DNA from: Felis catus
Taxonomy: Eukaryota
Length of the DNA stretch: 64,000 nt
Direction: 5' to 3'
Assembly: GCF_018350175.1 (NCBI RefSeq)
Contig: NC_058368.1
Span: 182,902,001-182,966,000 of the forward strand
The notes below the pieces were generated by a model, which saw only the letters and a list, made by a program, of their open reading frames with translations, searched no databases and was not told where the DNA came from. Every line of letters begins with the position of its first letter. Within the stretch, counting starts at the first letter, position 1. Shown one piece after another: positions 24,300 to 36,790 of this stretch. Position numbers and translations under genes: made by a program.

Positions 24300-25700
24300 A
24301 ATATGAGATATTAGCAATTTCCCTGACCTTAGATTCTCCTTTTTTGCCAGTGGGTCTATAGCACCCAATTTCTTGTATTATATCCTATCCACCCTTCTAG
24401 GAATAATTAGAGGAGTATATGGTCTTGTTTTGATCAATCTCAAATACAGCATTTGTTACCAGAAGTAATTCCAGAAAATAGAGCTTCAAAGGTGGTGATG
24501 TAAGATAGCTAATCTTTAATGGTTAGTGTTGAAGGAATCTCTAGAAATGGAAAACAGAACATAGGGTAGTGATGTTCCAAAGCATATAGTGTCAAACATC
24601 TATTTAAATTATTACTTGTATAAGACTTAATGAAGCAAATCAAGTAGTTTCCACAATACAATATTATGTAGGGTGTGAGGCACTCAAGAATTAACTGTAA
24701 AGTAGCATGGCTGATTCTGATTTTCCTGGATAGCATTCAGGAAGACAATGTCAAGATCAGCACTTTGAATTTTCAGTTAAAATATGGTCAGAAAGCCATA
24801 GAACTTCTATAATTGCCCTTTTAAAAAGTCTATCCATCCGTTTATAGCTGTAGAATGGACCTATCTGAAAAAAAAAATAGAGCTAACAATTAATTCTTCA
24901 GGAAGGAAAACCAATTGAATTTATGGATGCACAAGGTCTCATATGAAAGCTAGGACAGTGTTTGGAAAATGGTGGGACCTAAGGATTGAAATGGGGATAT
25001 TTGGATAGATGTAGATGCATATGAGTACCTTAACTCTCTAAATGTCATAGAACTTCCCTTACTGGTAGATGCAGCTCTCCTGAATCCCCCCTCTAAAGAG
25101 ACAATGCACTTTGCTTGAATGGCTACAATGAGCTAATTTGAGGCAGTATTCTTTCAAAGGGATATTAATTCTTTCAGTATCCAATACCAGTACCCAACTT
25201 TGCTTCCAGACCCTTGACTAGAATCAGATTTCAGAATAATTTCAGGAAAGAATTACAGACTTACACACAAAAAGCTAGTATATTACATGAGATGGATTTC
25301 AGTATTTTGAAATATGAGACTATCTGTCTGTCTACAAATGGATTCTAAGAGTGCTAGGTTAGGGAAGAAAGAACATAACATTGGATTTGCCTATTTGCCT
25401 AAAGCCATTAATAACTGTACATATACCAGAGCTTCTGAATTTGAAGAGTTAACATGAACAGCTGGTCATGTTTTTCACAGTTCCCCTAGTTGGTTGACTG
25501 AACCATGGACTCAGTGTTGGCCTATATTAGAATGTAGAGAAAAGAATCCAAAGGCTTAGGACTATAGGAATGCTGGACCAACCTATGCATTCCTTTCACT
25601 CACTCCCTCACTATTTTTTTTAGAAGGACTCCAAACAGTCTCTGTTCACCAAAGCATTGGTAATTACATTAAAGATGTTTAAAATGCAGTTATAAGAATC
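24300..25700 (+). mobile_element. Ancient ERVL-class relic: LTR 3' end (to ~24448) plus gag-region internal sequence
   Basis: LTR33/LTR16-like end tttcttgtattatatcc...caaataca, then tttgttaccagaagt (ERVL leader-like) and ggtgggacctaaggattgaaatggggatatttgg (decayed WDPxxWNGDIW gag motif). Confidence 0.6.
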
Positions 25701-25744
25701 TCTATAATTGCCATCTTCTACTGTTTGGGGTAACATTCACACTA

Positions 25745-26095
25745 TTATTTACCAGCTATTTCCGCTGGGTCAAATTACTTAAAGTCTCTGAGACTCAGTT
25801 TCCCAAACTGTAATATGAGAATAATAATCATTTTGTTCAGTCATTGATTGACCTGGCACAAAATAACTGTTAATGTTTTGTTGAGTGTTCTATATACAAG
25901 ATACTTTGCCAAAACCTTACTTGCATCGCATTCTTTAATCTTCTCAGTGATCAAATGAAGTATACACTTTGTCTAATCCCTTTTTCTAGGTAAAACAGTT
26001 GATGCTTAGCTAAGTCACAGTAATGAACCTGTAATTTGAACTAAAATAGTCTGACTCTAGAACTTATATTTTTAACTACTATGCTGTACTGCATA
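25745..26095. mobile_element. MIR fragments in both orientations
   Basis: gggtcaaattacttaaagtctctgagactcagtttcccaaactgtaa on plus; tttgaactaaaatagtctgactctagaac on minus. Confidence 0.6.
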
Positions 26096-26683
26096 CAGAT
26101 TATCCATAAATGTAAATTATTACCATCATCGACATCCCACTATAATTAGCATCAGTATTATTATATGATCATTTATCTGTAATTTTTGTCATACTTCTAT
26201 TACAGTAAAGTCCTTGAGATCATTGATAGATGTAGGAAGGTTTTTAATAACAAACATCTGATTATCAGAGTATAAACATCAGAGACCCAAATAATAACCG
26301 CTATAGACTTTCCTGATCTAAAAAGTAAGATGTACACTTGCACACATCCTGAGGTCTCTTTTAGTTCTATTTAACAAGTTTTAGCAAGATCAATCTTTGA
26401 AGATTGTCAGCTCATAATGCATGGATATATGCATGGCTTCAGTTATAAGAATCATTGGTGGTAGCAATATCAAAGTCCTTCAGTAAACATTAGCTATACT
26501 GAGCCTCATCAGAAGCCCAGGATATGCTGCTTTTGCTTTTACTTGACTAAATATAAATTATTCGTAGAGGGTATCCTTCTACCTAGTCAAAACTAAGCAT
26601 CACAGACTATTTTTTGTTTTTATTGAGATACTATACATTCATTGAAGTTACATACTTAGAATAATGGTGACTTAAAAAGTCAG

Positions 26684-26868
26684 GGGGCACCCGGGTAGCT
26701 CAGTCTGTGAAGGATCCAAATCTTGATATCAGCTTAGGGTGCAATCTTGCTGTCATGAGATCGAACCCCCACTGGACTCCACACTGAACACATCCTGTTT
26801 GGGATTCTCTCTCTCCCTGTCTCTCTCTCTGCCCCACACCCCAAATAAATAAATAAATAAACATCAAA
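26684..26868 (+). mobile_element. Can-SINE (older)
   Basis: ggggcacccgggtagctcagtc head, (aaat)n tail, degenerate TSD aaaaagtcag / aaaaactgtcag. Confidence 0.9.
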
Positions 26869-28491
26869 AACTGTCAGAAGTGTGCTATTTCCTTAATTTT
26901 TATACAATGATTTTCATACAACCTGATAAGAGAATCTTCTTAGATCTATTGAGAAATTGTAGTGCCTTCTGAAAACTCAATGAAGAGAGTTTACTTGCAT
27001 CATTCAAATGTAAAATTCAGTAAAATTACAAAATGAAACGCAAGTTAAAAGAGGATCATCTCTATCATTTGGACTTTTGAGATCTTAGGTTTAGAATTTT
27101 AACCAATGCATTATAAAACTTAACTCTTTCAGCACTAATCATCATCATCCTAAGATATACAAAAGATCATTTTTATTAATTATTGTAAGACATAGATAAT
27201 AAAAAGCAAAAAGTCTAGTTTGAAAATTTACAAAAAACAAACCAACCAAAGATTATAAGATCCTCACATGTGGATTCCACATCAGTCCAAATCAATCAGC
27301 TGAAAAATAATAATTCATCCAGGAAGTTCATTGTTTGATGGACACAATACCAATTAGCTAATTTGACACAATGCAATTAACAAGTTTGAATTTTTTTAAA
27401 AATGAATTGACTGACTTGGCTTCTTGTTTCAGTGTCATGTAGATATAGCATCAGACAACAGTAACAATATTGAACTGGGAGGTTAAGTGATTTAATTTTG
27501 AAGGCATTACTGTTGCAGAGGCCACATTTAATAAATCAATGTGTTTAAGATGTTTGGAGATCTATGGATTAAAGATTACTTTGCTAGTGGAGTGCCTAGT
27601 AATCATTATACATTGCAAAACCATGCACAATACTAAGATTTTTGACTTTGTTAGTTGTCAATAATACTTTGCATCTCCAAGTAGCTTCAAACCTCCTCTC
27701 CACTAGCTGGTTTTCTTCAATAGATATTACTGCTCTATAGTAATAGATCATACCCCACACCTGTCTACCTCAGCTTTAGTTCAGGGTGCATGATTAGTTT
27801 AGCTTGAAATATTAATAGTTATAGTAAGCAGTACACAAGTCATTCATTATTTGAGCCTAAGATGATATTGTGTTTTGGAATTATTTTTTCCCCAAGCAAC
27901 TGAGTTACTTGTGTGAAAAAGGAAAAAAAAATTCAAATGTTGTTCCTGTGCAGAGAAATGCAATGTCAAAGCAGACCTCATGGCCCTTTAGGCAATTGTT
28001 CAGCGCTGCTCGTTAATTGTAACTTGCAGGCTATTAAACAGTGCTAACCTCAGTGCATTATATGAAATGTGTAGGAATAGTGGGAGGTGTCCTGTTACGA
28101 CATAAGGAATACTATATTTAAAAATAATAATAAAAACTTTATTCATTCCCAGAGATAAATCTCCAGTTATTTAAATCCATCTTGCCAATTGATACATTTT
28201 AGTAGTCGATCATTTTTCATAATAAATTCTAGTGGAAAAAGATGTGAATATTTAATTTGAGTAAACTATCAGGAATAACTATAGTGGTAACTAGAATCAT
28301 AAAATTACAGAAGATGAGATATAGATCAGATATTAGGAATGTCTAGTTCAATCTTTGATAAAAAAAATACTAAAGTCTAGGGACTTTTCTAAGACTACAA
28401 ACTTATCAGGAGCAAAGTTGAGTCTAGACTCTGTTTCTTCCTTCAATGTTCTTTCCAGTCCTACTTTCCAGTATTCTCTGAAATAACTTTA

Positions 28492-28698
28492 GGGGCACCT
28501 GGGTAGCTTAGTCACTTAAGTGTCTGACTTTTGCTTGGGTCATGATCTCTCTGTTCGTGAGTTCAAGCCCCACATTGGGCTCTGTGCTGACAGCTCAAAG
28601 CCTGGAGCCTGCTTCGAATTCTATGCCTCCCTCTCTCTCTGCCCCTCCCCTGCTAGCTCTCTCTCTCTCTCTCAAAGAAAATAAACATTAAAAAATTT
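28492..28698 (+). mobile_element. SINEC_Fc-like
   Basis: Full head, body and tail; perfect TSD aaataacttta (28481-28491 / 28699-28709). Confidence 0.95.
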
Positions 28699-28725
28699 AA
28701 ATAACTTTAAAATTTAGGAAATTAA

Positions 28726-28940
28726 GGGGCACCTGGTGGCTCAGTCGGTTAAGCCTCTGACTTTCAGCCCAGGTCACAATCTCACAGTTCATGAGTTTGA
28801 GCCCCACCATAGGGCTCTTTGCTGATAGCTCAGAGTCTGGAGGCTACTTCGTATTCTGTTCTCCTTTTCTCTCTGCCTCTCCAGCTCTCCCTCTCTCTCA
28901 AATAAATAAACATTTCTAAAAATTAAAAAATAAATAAATA
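28726..28940 (+). mobile_element. SINEC_Fc-like
   Basis: Full element; TSD taaaatttaggaaatt (28708-28723) / taaaatttaggaagtt (28941-28956). Confidence 0.95.
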
Positions 28941-30782
28941 TAAAATTTAGGAAGTTTTAGACCAATAAAGATTTTTGGGTTTCTGCCCAAATTGCAGCTG
29001 TGTTGTACCATTACTTTGGGGTAAACTCTAAGGAATTTTATTCAAAGCATTCTCCATCCACATCCTGACCCACCACAAGCAATTATATCCTCCCATTCTT
29101 GGATTAAGTTCATCTCAGTAATCCTGGCTTCCCCACCCCTTACTGTCTGATGGAGGCCAGGGCCTCCATATTCTTTGCTGCCCATTGTTAACCTAGTGGC
29201 CAGCCAGGTAGACAGAAAGTGTTCAATAAAAATGGATTGACTGAATTAAAATACTCTAATATTCTGACTCTCATGTTAGCACTTTTTCTTCACATGCTGC
29301 TGTCCTTTGATATATCTATGACATTCTCTGATGTAACCATGAAATTATATTAAGATGATCTGATACCCATTCCCACCCACACCCATACAGAATGTTAGTT
29401 ACAGGCTTTCTTCTCCTCTGAGTCAATAGGGAGTGTTCTTGTTCTTCAGAGAGCTAGAAAGAACCCCAGTGAAAGCATTACCAACTTTGACAAGAAAAAA
29501 GAAAGCCATTTAATCCTATGATTTTTTTTAATGCAACCTTTAAGGTTGTTTTGAGAATACATCTGGAGAACATTCCTATCGTAGCATAGCTTACAATATG
29601 ATGTGAATTTTTCATTCACAAAATGAGATGCTAATATCACCAGATGGGTATATAGTGTTTTTATACGACTCTTTTAATTTAGTGGATCAGGTCTGAGATA
29701 TATACCCCTCCTCTTCCCTGTTTTCTTTGGTTCAATTAAAATGAAGTATTGTTTCTAACCGCACTACACTATTGATAATTATTCTGACCAAATATTACAA
29801 GGCAACGTTTCTTCCTGAGAACAAATTTGATAAGTAATAAGATACCAGTTTTGTCATCTATCCCATACAATAATAATAGAGACTTATGTTTGTAAAGCAC
29901 TATACACAGTTTCTCCATATGCTACTTATTACCTTTGAGATCATAGAGACACTGTGTGGTAGGCAGAGCGGCTCTGATGGACCCCATTTGGCTGGTGTTG
30001 TGAGGCGTCAGATAAGGCAGGTGATTAGAACAAGATCACACAACCAAAAAGGAAGCAGAATAAAAAATCACATCACGGATTTCCAATTAAATCTGTTCTC
30101 TTGTCTCTGCCAGCTTTGCATTTCCCCAAATTTATGAAGGTCCACGTTACCAGATAAACATGATATATATTTCTATGAATTATACATTTTCTTCACTTTT
30201 TGAAGGCCATGACACCTAAGTTTTGAAGGAAATATAATTTCATGTGAAATTATAATTTCACAAATATAATTTCACGTGAAAGCAAATGTTAGAGAGGAAT
30301 GCAGAATTTACAATATAAATATATTAAGTGCAATAGTTACAGTTTCTGTCTTTAGTTTGCATACATGGAACTCTGGTTACAAGTTCATTTTCTGTCATGA
30401 AGGATTCTTAAATATGACCATGGAAGCAGCTCAGAGCATTTCCTCACAAGTACAGAGGGAAGTCCTGACCAGAGCTCCCTACCCCCATCTTCCTATCTGT
30501 AGTGTCCATTGATTCATTCACAGGTATGCATACCTGGAAAATAAGAGGCTTCTGATAATGACAGGAAACATAGGTTCTGATCATAAAATCAGTTATATTG
30601 GAACTAAATCACATGGATGTTGGTATATAATCCTTAAGGAAAAAAAAATCCAAGTGATTTAGCAATATTTGGTTAAATAGTGGTAAACATTTTTCTCTAT
30701 TGTAGAACTTATTAAAGTCTTAAGTTTGCTACATGATTAGTGGATCCCATGTAAAGTGAATATGTAGTATTTCCTTGTATTT

Positions 30783-31220
30783 TATTAAAGAAAAAAAGTA
30801 TCCTGACACTTGTTATGGTATGGAAGAATTTATTCAATATTTTTGCAATGACAGCATTGTAAACAGGGGAGAGAGATTGAGTTCAACTCTAAATAAATGA
30901 AAGACAGCTAAGGATTTAGAGTCAAGGAACAGAGGGAAGGGAACAGTGGATGGAAAAACACTAAGAGGAGACATCAAGGGCAGGAGATTCTAGCTAAACT
31001 GACTTTACAGGATTCTTCCTGAAGTCAGGCCACAGTGTTCAGACTCAAAGGTGGGAAATTATCACTAAATTGACTTAGGAGTATTTTTGCTACAACTGAG
31101 CTAGTAAGTTAAATAAAGATAGACCTCTGTGGTTGGGAGAGTGAGAAAGGTTGAGGCCTACTTGAGAGAAGGACTTAAAAAAATGTGGCTAAAGATTGTT
31201 CAAGAACAGAGTCTGCATCA
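30783..31220 (-). mobile_element. Solo LTR, ERV1 class (MER31/MER67-like)
   Basis: tattaaagaaaaa...ctgacacttgtta, agagagattgagttcaactc, ctaagaggagacatcaaggg, ending ggctaaagattgttcaagaacagagtctgcatca. Confidence 0.7.
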
Positions 31221-32024
31221 ACTTACTTGATGGAGAGCCCTTTTAGTGGGTCCACTTCATTGGACTAATTACCAGGGAAAACATTATGGAAGCCTCTGCT
31301 CTACTCCATTCTTTGTGTTATAGTTCAGTTATGACACTATCGGGTATACTTTACAATTTGCTTTGCATTATTTCTACATGCCAGCCACAGCATATGTGAT
31401 CCCATCTTGCAGACGTCATGTTATGCGTGGGTCAAAATATTAGGGTTATATAGGTAGAGAAAATAAAGAATGGATTTAGCCCTTTCTTTGTTCAAGTTGA
31501 GCTTCCTCCTGAAACAATATTTTCACTCATTTGCTGAATAACCTTGGGTAAACCACTTAACCTCTGGGTCTTCAATTTCTCATTGGTGTAATAAAAAGAG
31601 TTTAACTGAAAGATCTCTGATGCTTTTCCACAGTATATATATACATATATATACACATATACATATATATGTGTGTGTGCGTGTGTGTGTGGTTTTCTGT
31701 GCTTCTATGTGTTCAATTAATATTTTACAAAAACAGATTAGAACAGAATCAAACAGATCAAGACAGGAAGGCAGGATATCAATTTCTAATATCTTCTGAC
31801 AAAAGATGTATTCATTCTGATTTTAGAGCAAAAGAAAATTGAATGTTCTAAAAATAAAAGAATTTTGTTTAAGGATATAAAACTGAGGCATAGGCATGAA
31901 AAAAGAATCACCAATAAACTGTAAATAGAAAATATTCACATTTCTCAGTGAAAAGCAACTTTTGCATCAGATTTGCAATCTAGCAGTATTAATTCACCAC
32001 ATAGAAAAAGATGTTATGCAGGTC

Positions 32025-32025
<1 letters not shown>

Positions 32026-32066
<41 letters not shown>
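32026..32066. repeat. (TA)n(TG)n microsatellite
   Basis: Directly visible. Confidence 0.95.
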
Positions 32067-32068
<2 letters not shown>

Positions 32069-32399
32069 ACACTTAACCAAACAAAGTAAATTTGCTAGGC
32101 AAGCTTGCTTGGAGGAGAGCAGTTACGAGTAAATTCATTCCAAGAAAGCCACAGTTTTGCCTTTACATTTACAAAATCAACATCTTAAATTTAGAGTTGG
32201 AAATCTCCTACTTGGTCCTATCTTTTAAATTAAATACAAGTGGGAAAAAATTATTCTAATATGTATTTTACAACTGTATATAGATATAGATAGAGACAGA
32301 CTTTAACTCAGAAGACTTGAAGAGCAGATATTTAAACTTACACCTTCCCCCGTTTTTATAAAAAAAATGTTGCAGTTTGATTACAATATTTATAGTAAA

Positions 32400-32560
32400 A
32401 TCCAGAGTTACAGTTGGAAGAGACCCTCAGAGTCCTGTGCTCTAGCCCTTTCATTTTATAGATATGAACACGGAGTTTCAGAAACATAAAGCCCGCAGCT
32501 GGTAAGTGGCAGAGTTGGGTTCAGAACCCAGCTTCCTGACTTGGTGCAGTTTCCCACCCC
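32400..32560 (-). mobile_element. MIR/MIR3 fragment
   Basis: gttggaagagaccctcagag...cattttatagatatgaacacggag...cagctggtaagtggcagagttgggttcagaaccca. Confidence 0.7.
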
Positions 32561-32820
32561 CACACTACTACAAACCAAACAGGAATTAGTCAAGCAATTC
32601 AGGAGGCCTAACACAGGGCTCGCTTGTGGAATCAACGTGCATTTGTCCCATGGAATTTGTTATCTCCAATTGTGCTCCTGTTATGGGATTTGTTGTTCTG
32701 TTTTCTGACTCTGCACTTGATTTGCAATTCTGGGCCATAGCAATATGCTTCCCCAGAGTACTGAGCAGTGGTCAGTGAATTTAATCTGTCTCACACTGTG
32801 ATCTGTGAGCTAAATTGTTA

Positions 32821-32839
32821 CATCTCCACCTAGTGGACA
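32821..32839 (-). promoter_or_regulatory. CTCF-like core motif
   Basis: Minus strand TGTCCACTAGGTGGAGATG closely fits the CTCF core in unique sequence. Confidence 0.5.
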
Positions 32840-33930
32840 AATTCACATAGATGGGAATTGCAGAGGAGATGTGGCCCACTGAGGACGGATCTGCAGGAAA
32901 GGGGCAGGATGTATCACAGAGAGGTTAAAGCTGCAAAAAAGTTTTAGTGACAACTGGCAATAAACTAAAGACTGTTATGGAGAAATCAAAGTATAATTAT
33001 TAGACAGGGAAAAAATCAGCTTTCTCATTACTTCAAGGACCTCTAGAGACTTTTTTTTTTAGCTTCTGGAGGATGCTGTGCAGTATGAAGAGAGACAAGT
33101 CAGAGGACGGAATTAATAGAACTCTCAAGTGAAAACTAATTCTTGAAATTTTCCTAAAAGTGCACACAGACAAATGTACTCCGCCTTCAGAATCTGACTG
33201 TCCCCCTAGAATCTCTTAAAGCCTAAAAAGAAAGATGAATCCTGGGCCACAGTCAGATGAACAACCCTACCTGCCTCCAAAATTCATAACAGGTTTACTA
33301 CGCTCTGTGTTTTAGAGGAGTCCTGACTAGTTAGTTTGTACCATCTGCCTTTTGCAGCTTTTTAAAGAGTAATGAGAACAAAGGGTTGAGTTAATTTGCT
33401 ATGATCCTCTGAAATCAGAGGTAACATTGTCTCCGAGAAATGAGATCTCCAAAACAAAAGTGCACATGTGTGGGAGGGACCAACAAAAAGTACTCTTTTA
33501 GTATAATTTTCCACACTGGGCCCTTCTCCGTCTCCTCTCTACCCCTTTCTTACATTTTTTTTCTTTTCATTACCAAGGAGCCAAGCCACTTCCATCGCAA
33601 CTATTTCCTCTCCATGCAAACATCCCTGGGACATTTTGCTCCGCATTAAGTATAACTGCTTTCTGAAAAGAACTGACAAAACAACTGCTGCTAATTTTCT
33701 TTTATTCAAATCAAGTTCATTTTTTTTTCTTTTTAACATCTATATGCTGTATTCAGAAAGCTTTTGCATTGATAGCAATTTTAAGAATGCCCTTGACATT
33801 AATGATTTCTGTATTTGAGAGACAGTATCCTCTGAAGAGTGTATAATGCTCTAAGGCTGAGTTAGCATAAACACTGCAAAATCACAGGTGAATGACACCA
33901 GGCTTGTAGCATACATTCAGGAAATACCTC

Positions 33931-33969
33931 TTGAATTGAATTGAATTGAATTGAATTGAATTGAATTGA
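33931..33969. repeat. (GAATT)n pentanucleotide repeat
   Basis: Directly visible. Confidence 0.95.
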
Positions 33970-34079
33970 AAAAAGCAGTTGGTAGCCTGATTGGTTTGAT
34001 TTGATGTGGTTCCCAAGGCAGCTGATTGAGCAACTGAAGTGAATATCCTAGAAGTCCAGGACCTACAGCTCATACTAAA

Positions 34080-34290
34080 GCTCATACTTTTGGGGTTTGT
34101 GATAGAAAGGTCAATCCTCACTTTGCCCCTTACTTGCTGTGTAATCATAAATAAGTTACTCAAAATCTCTGTGACTCAGTTTACCTGATTAAAAATTACA
34201 GTGTAGGAATAGCATTTAATTCAGAAACTTCTTGTTATAATACAAAGGTATGTAAAGTTTTAGCACAGTGTTAAGCACAGTATAGCAAGT
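34080..34290 (+). mobile_element. MIR fragment
   Basis: cttacttgctgtgtaatcataaataagttactcaaaatctctgtgactcagtttacc...tatgtaaagttttagcacagtg. Confidence 0.65.
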
Positions 34291-34627
34291 CCTAAAAATC
34301 TGTGGGTACTTTACTGAGAGTTGTGTTGTTTTGATCAACAATGGATTCTATCAAAGGCTTCACTTAGAAAGGATGGAAAAATAATGAGAATAAAGGATTG
34401 TGTATTATTCAATTAATTATAAAGTACTCTCAAGAACTACATTTTTAAAGTATAACTTTGTGTGTCACATGAATTTCAGAAAACTTTTAGGCAAAAATAA
34501 ACAAAACTCTGCATTAGAGACTAATAGAAACTAAAGAGGCACAGCTTGTACTTTATCCTTGGGAAGTGGATAGCATTAGTAAGGGAAGGACAAGAAACAC
34601 ACAATAAAGTAGCAAAATGCCCACATA

Positions 34628-34628
<1 letters not shown>

Positions 34629-34662
<34 letters not shown>
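34629..34662. repeat. (CA)n microsatellite
   Basis: Directly visible. Confidence 0.95.
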
Positions 34663-34663
<1 letters not shown>

Positions 34664-35035
34664 GAAATCTAGTAATAGGTGTTGTTAAGCAGAGAGAAGT
34701 ATGTAAATGAGTCCTGGATATTTAGCCAAAGATACTGATGGTAGAGAAATGTGGAATGAATGCATCTGGATGGGAGTGGGGTATCATGGAAATCTCACAG
34801 GATGTAAGATTTGGAGCCAGAAGTGCTACACAGATTGATAGAGAAAAAACTAAATGATATTTTGGGATGTTTGGGAACATACAGCCATTTTCATTAGAGA
34901 TGTAGCTTGATTAAGAGATTAATAAGCAAGTTCATGTGACTTGCAATTCTATACTCACAACAAATGTGTCTGCTTTTGTAAAACCATACATCGTGTTCAG
35001 TAAAATAATGAAATTTACCTTTCTGAGTTGGTCAG

Positions 35036-35532
35036 TGTGGTAGGCAGAATACCATCCCCCAACCCATCCAAAGATGTCAACACCTTAATCTCCAGAATCT
35101 GTGACTTTGCTACATTACATGGAAAGGGAGTATTAGGATTGCAGATAAATCAAGATTGCTTATTAGCTGGATTTTAAAATAGGAGATTACCCTAGATTAT
35201 GAACTATGTCCAATGTAATCACAGAGAATAAAGAAGCATAAAAGTTAGTGTCCAAATGATGAGATTTGAAAAATTGTCTATTGCTGGCTTTGAAGACAGA
35301 AGACAGTGATGAGCTAAGGAATGCAGGCAGCTTCTAGAAGCTGGAAAGAACAAGAAACAGATTTCCCCTGGAGTCTCCAGAAAGGAGAAAAGCCCTGCCA
35401 ACATCTTGATTTTAGCCCAGTGGTACCTATGTCATGTTTCTGACTTCTAGAACTATAAAATAATACATTTATGTTGTTTTATGCTACTAGGTTTGTGGTT
35501 ATTTGTTATAGCAGCAATAGGAAATTAACACA
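35036..35532 (+). mobile_element. MaLR solo LTR (MLT1C/D-like)
   Basis: Starts tgtggtaggcagaat; gctggctttgaaga, ctagaagctggaaaga, ttttagcccagtg; ends tttgttatagcagcaataggaaattaacaca. Confidence 0.88.
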
Positions 35533-36385
35533 TATAGCCTTTTTAGTTTCAGGAGGGTAAATACAGAACACACACTATTGATGTGTAGTTGTAACAAACT
35601 ACTTAGGGAGCATTTAGACATAAGGGAGGAGATATTAGAGCAAAGAAGACCAATTTTAACTGCTAAAGATTAAGGTAGGTTCTGCCTTCCTAGAAGCACC
35701 CTTGGAAGTCCTGAAGAATAAGTTTTCTACGAGTTGCACTATTACACCTCCTCACTGCATGCTTGTAGTAATCCAAGAATTAAAGAATTGGGACAGTTTT
35801 GACAAAGTACAACCAGAGAGGTTGCCCCTGGAAACAGCAGCAGAAGGATGTAGTAATGAAGTCTATAAAATATGCAAAATGTGGGGGATTAGGAAAGGAA
35901 AATGGAACAAAGCTTGAGAATAGGGCCAATGGGTAGACTTGTATCTCTACAGACGAGGGCACTCAATCCCTGTATGTAGACACATTACAAGAAAAATGGC
36001 AAATGTAGGTTGAATTAAGTCTTACTGAGGAAAATAAATTGACCTTAAAACCCCTACTCTGAAACTATACTTATTATGTTTCTATATTAGCTAATTTCCT
36101 CATAAATCCTCTGATTTATCCTGTTGATGCTTAGGTAGGTTATTGTGTCAAGTGGAAATAACAAGAAGATCTATGTCATAGAATTATTTTGAGAATTGTA
36201 CCATGTCAGACAGTAAGCATAGTATATAGAATATAATAAGCTATTATTATCATTGCTATTAGATCTAGCTAACTATCACAAATACACTAAAAAGGATAGA
36301 TTTATGGTTTGAATTCTATTTATATTTGTATTTATATATTTATATTTCTATATTTTTATACCTTTATAGCACTCACAGACTAGAA

Positions 36386-36790
36386 CAATGTTTCTCAAAT
36401 TCTAGCATACATTCAAACATTGGAGAACTTGTTGAAATAGATTTCTAAGCCTCACCCCAGAATGAGGCAGGGCTAAGATTTTGAGTTTCTAACAAGAAGC
36501 TAGATGATGCTGATGTCACTGGTCCAGGTATCACACTTTTTTTTTAAATGTTCATTTATTTATTTTGAGAGATAGAAATAGAGAGAGTGCATATGTGGAG
36601 GAGAAGGACAGAGAGAGAGAGAGAGGGAGGGAGAGAGAGAACCCCAAGCAAACTCTATACTCAGGGCAGAGCCCAATGCAAGGCTCCCATTGGACTGAAG
36701 TGGATCAAAATCAGGAGTTGGATGCTCAACTGACTAAGCCACCCAGGCACCCTGAGTCCAGGGGCCATACTTTGATAAAACTTTCCCTAG
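36386..36790. mobile_element. MER5A-like hAT-Charlie DNA transposon interrupted by a SINE
   Basis: caatgtttctcaaa start, tttctaacaag...gatgatgctgatg...ctggtccagg...cacacttt, resuming after the SINE as catactttgataaaact. Confidence 0.75.
36540..36755 (-). mobile_element. Can-SINE
   Basis: T-rich tail, (GA)n, gactaagccacccaggcaccc head; degenerate TSD gtccaggtatcacacttt / gtccaggggccatacttt. Confidence 0.92.
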
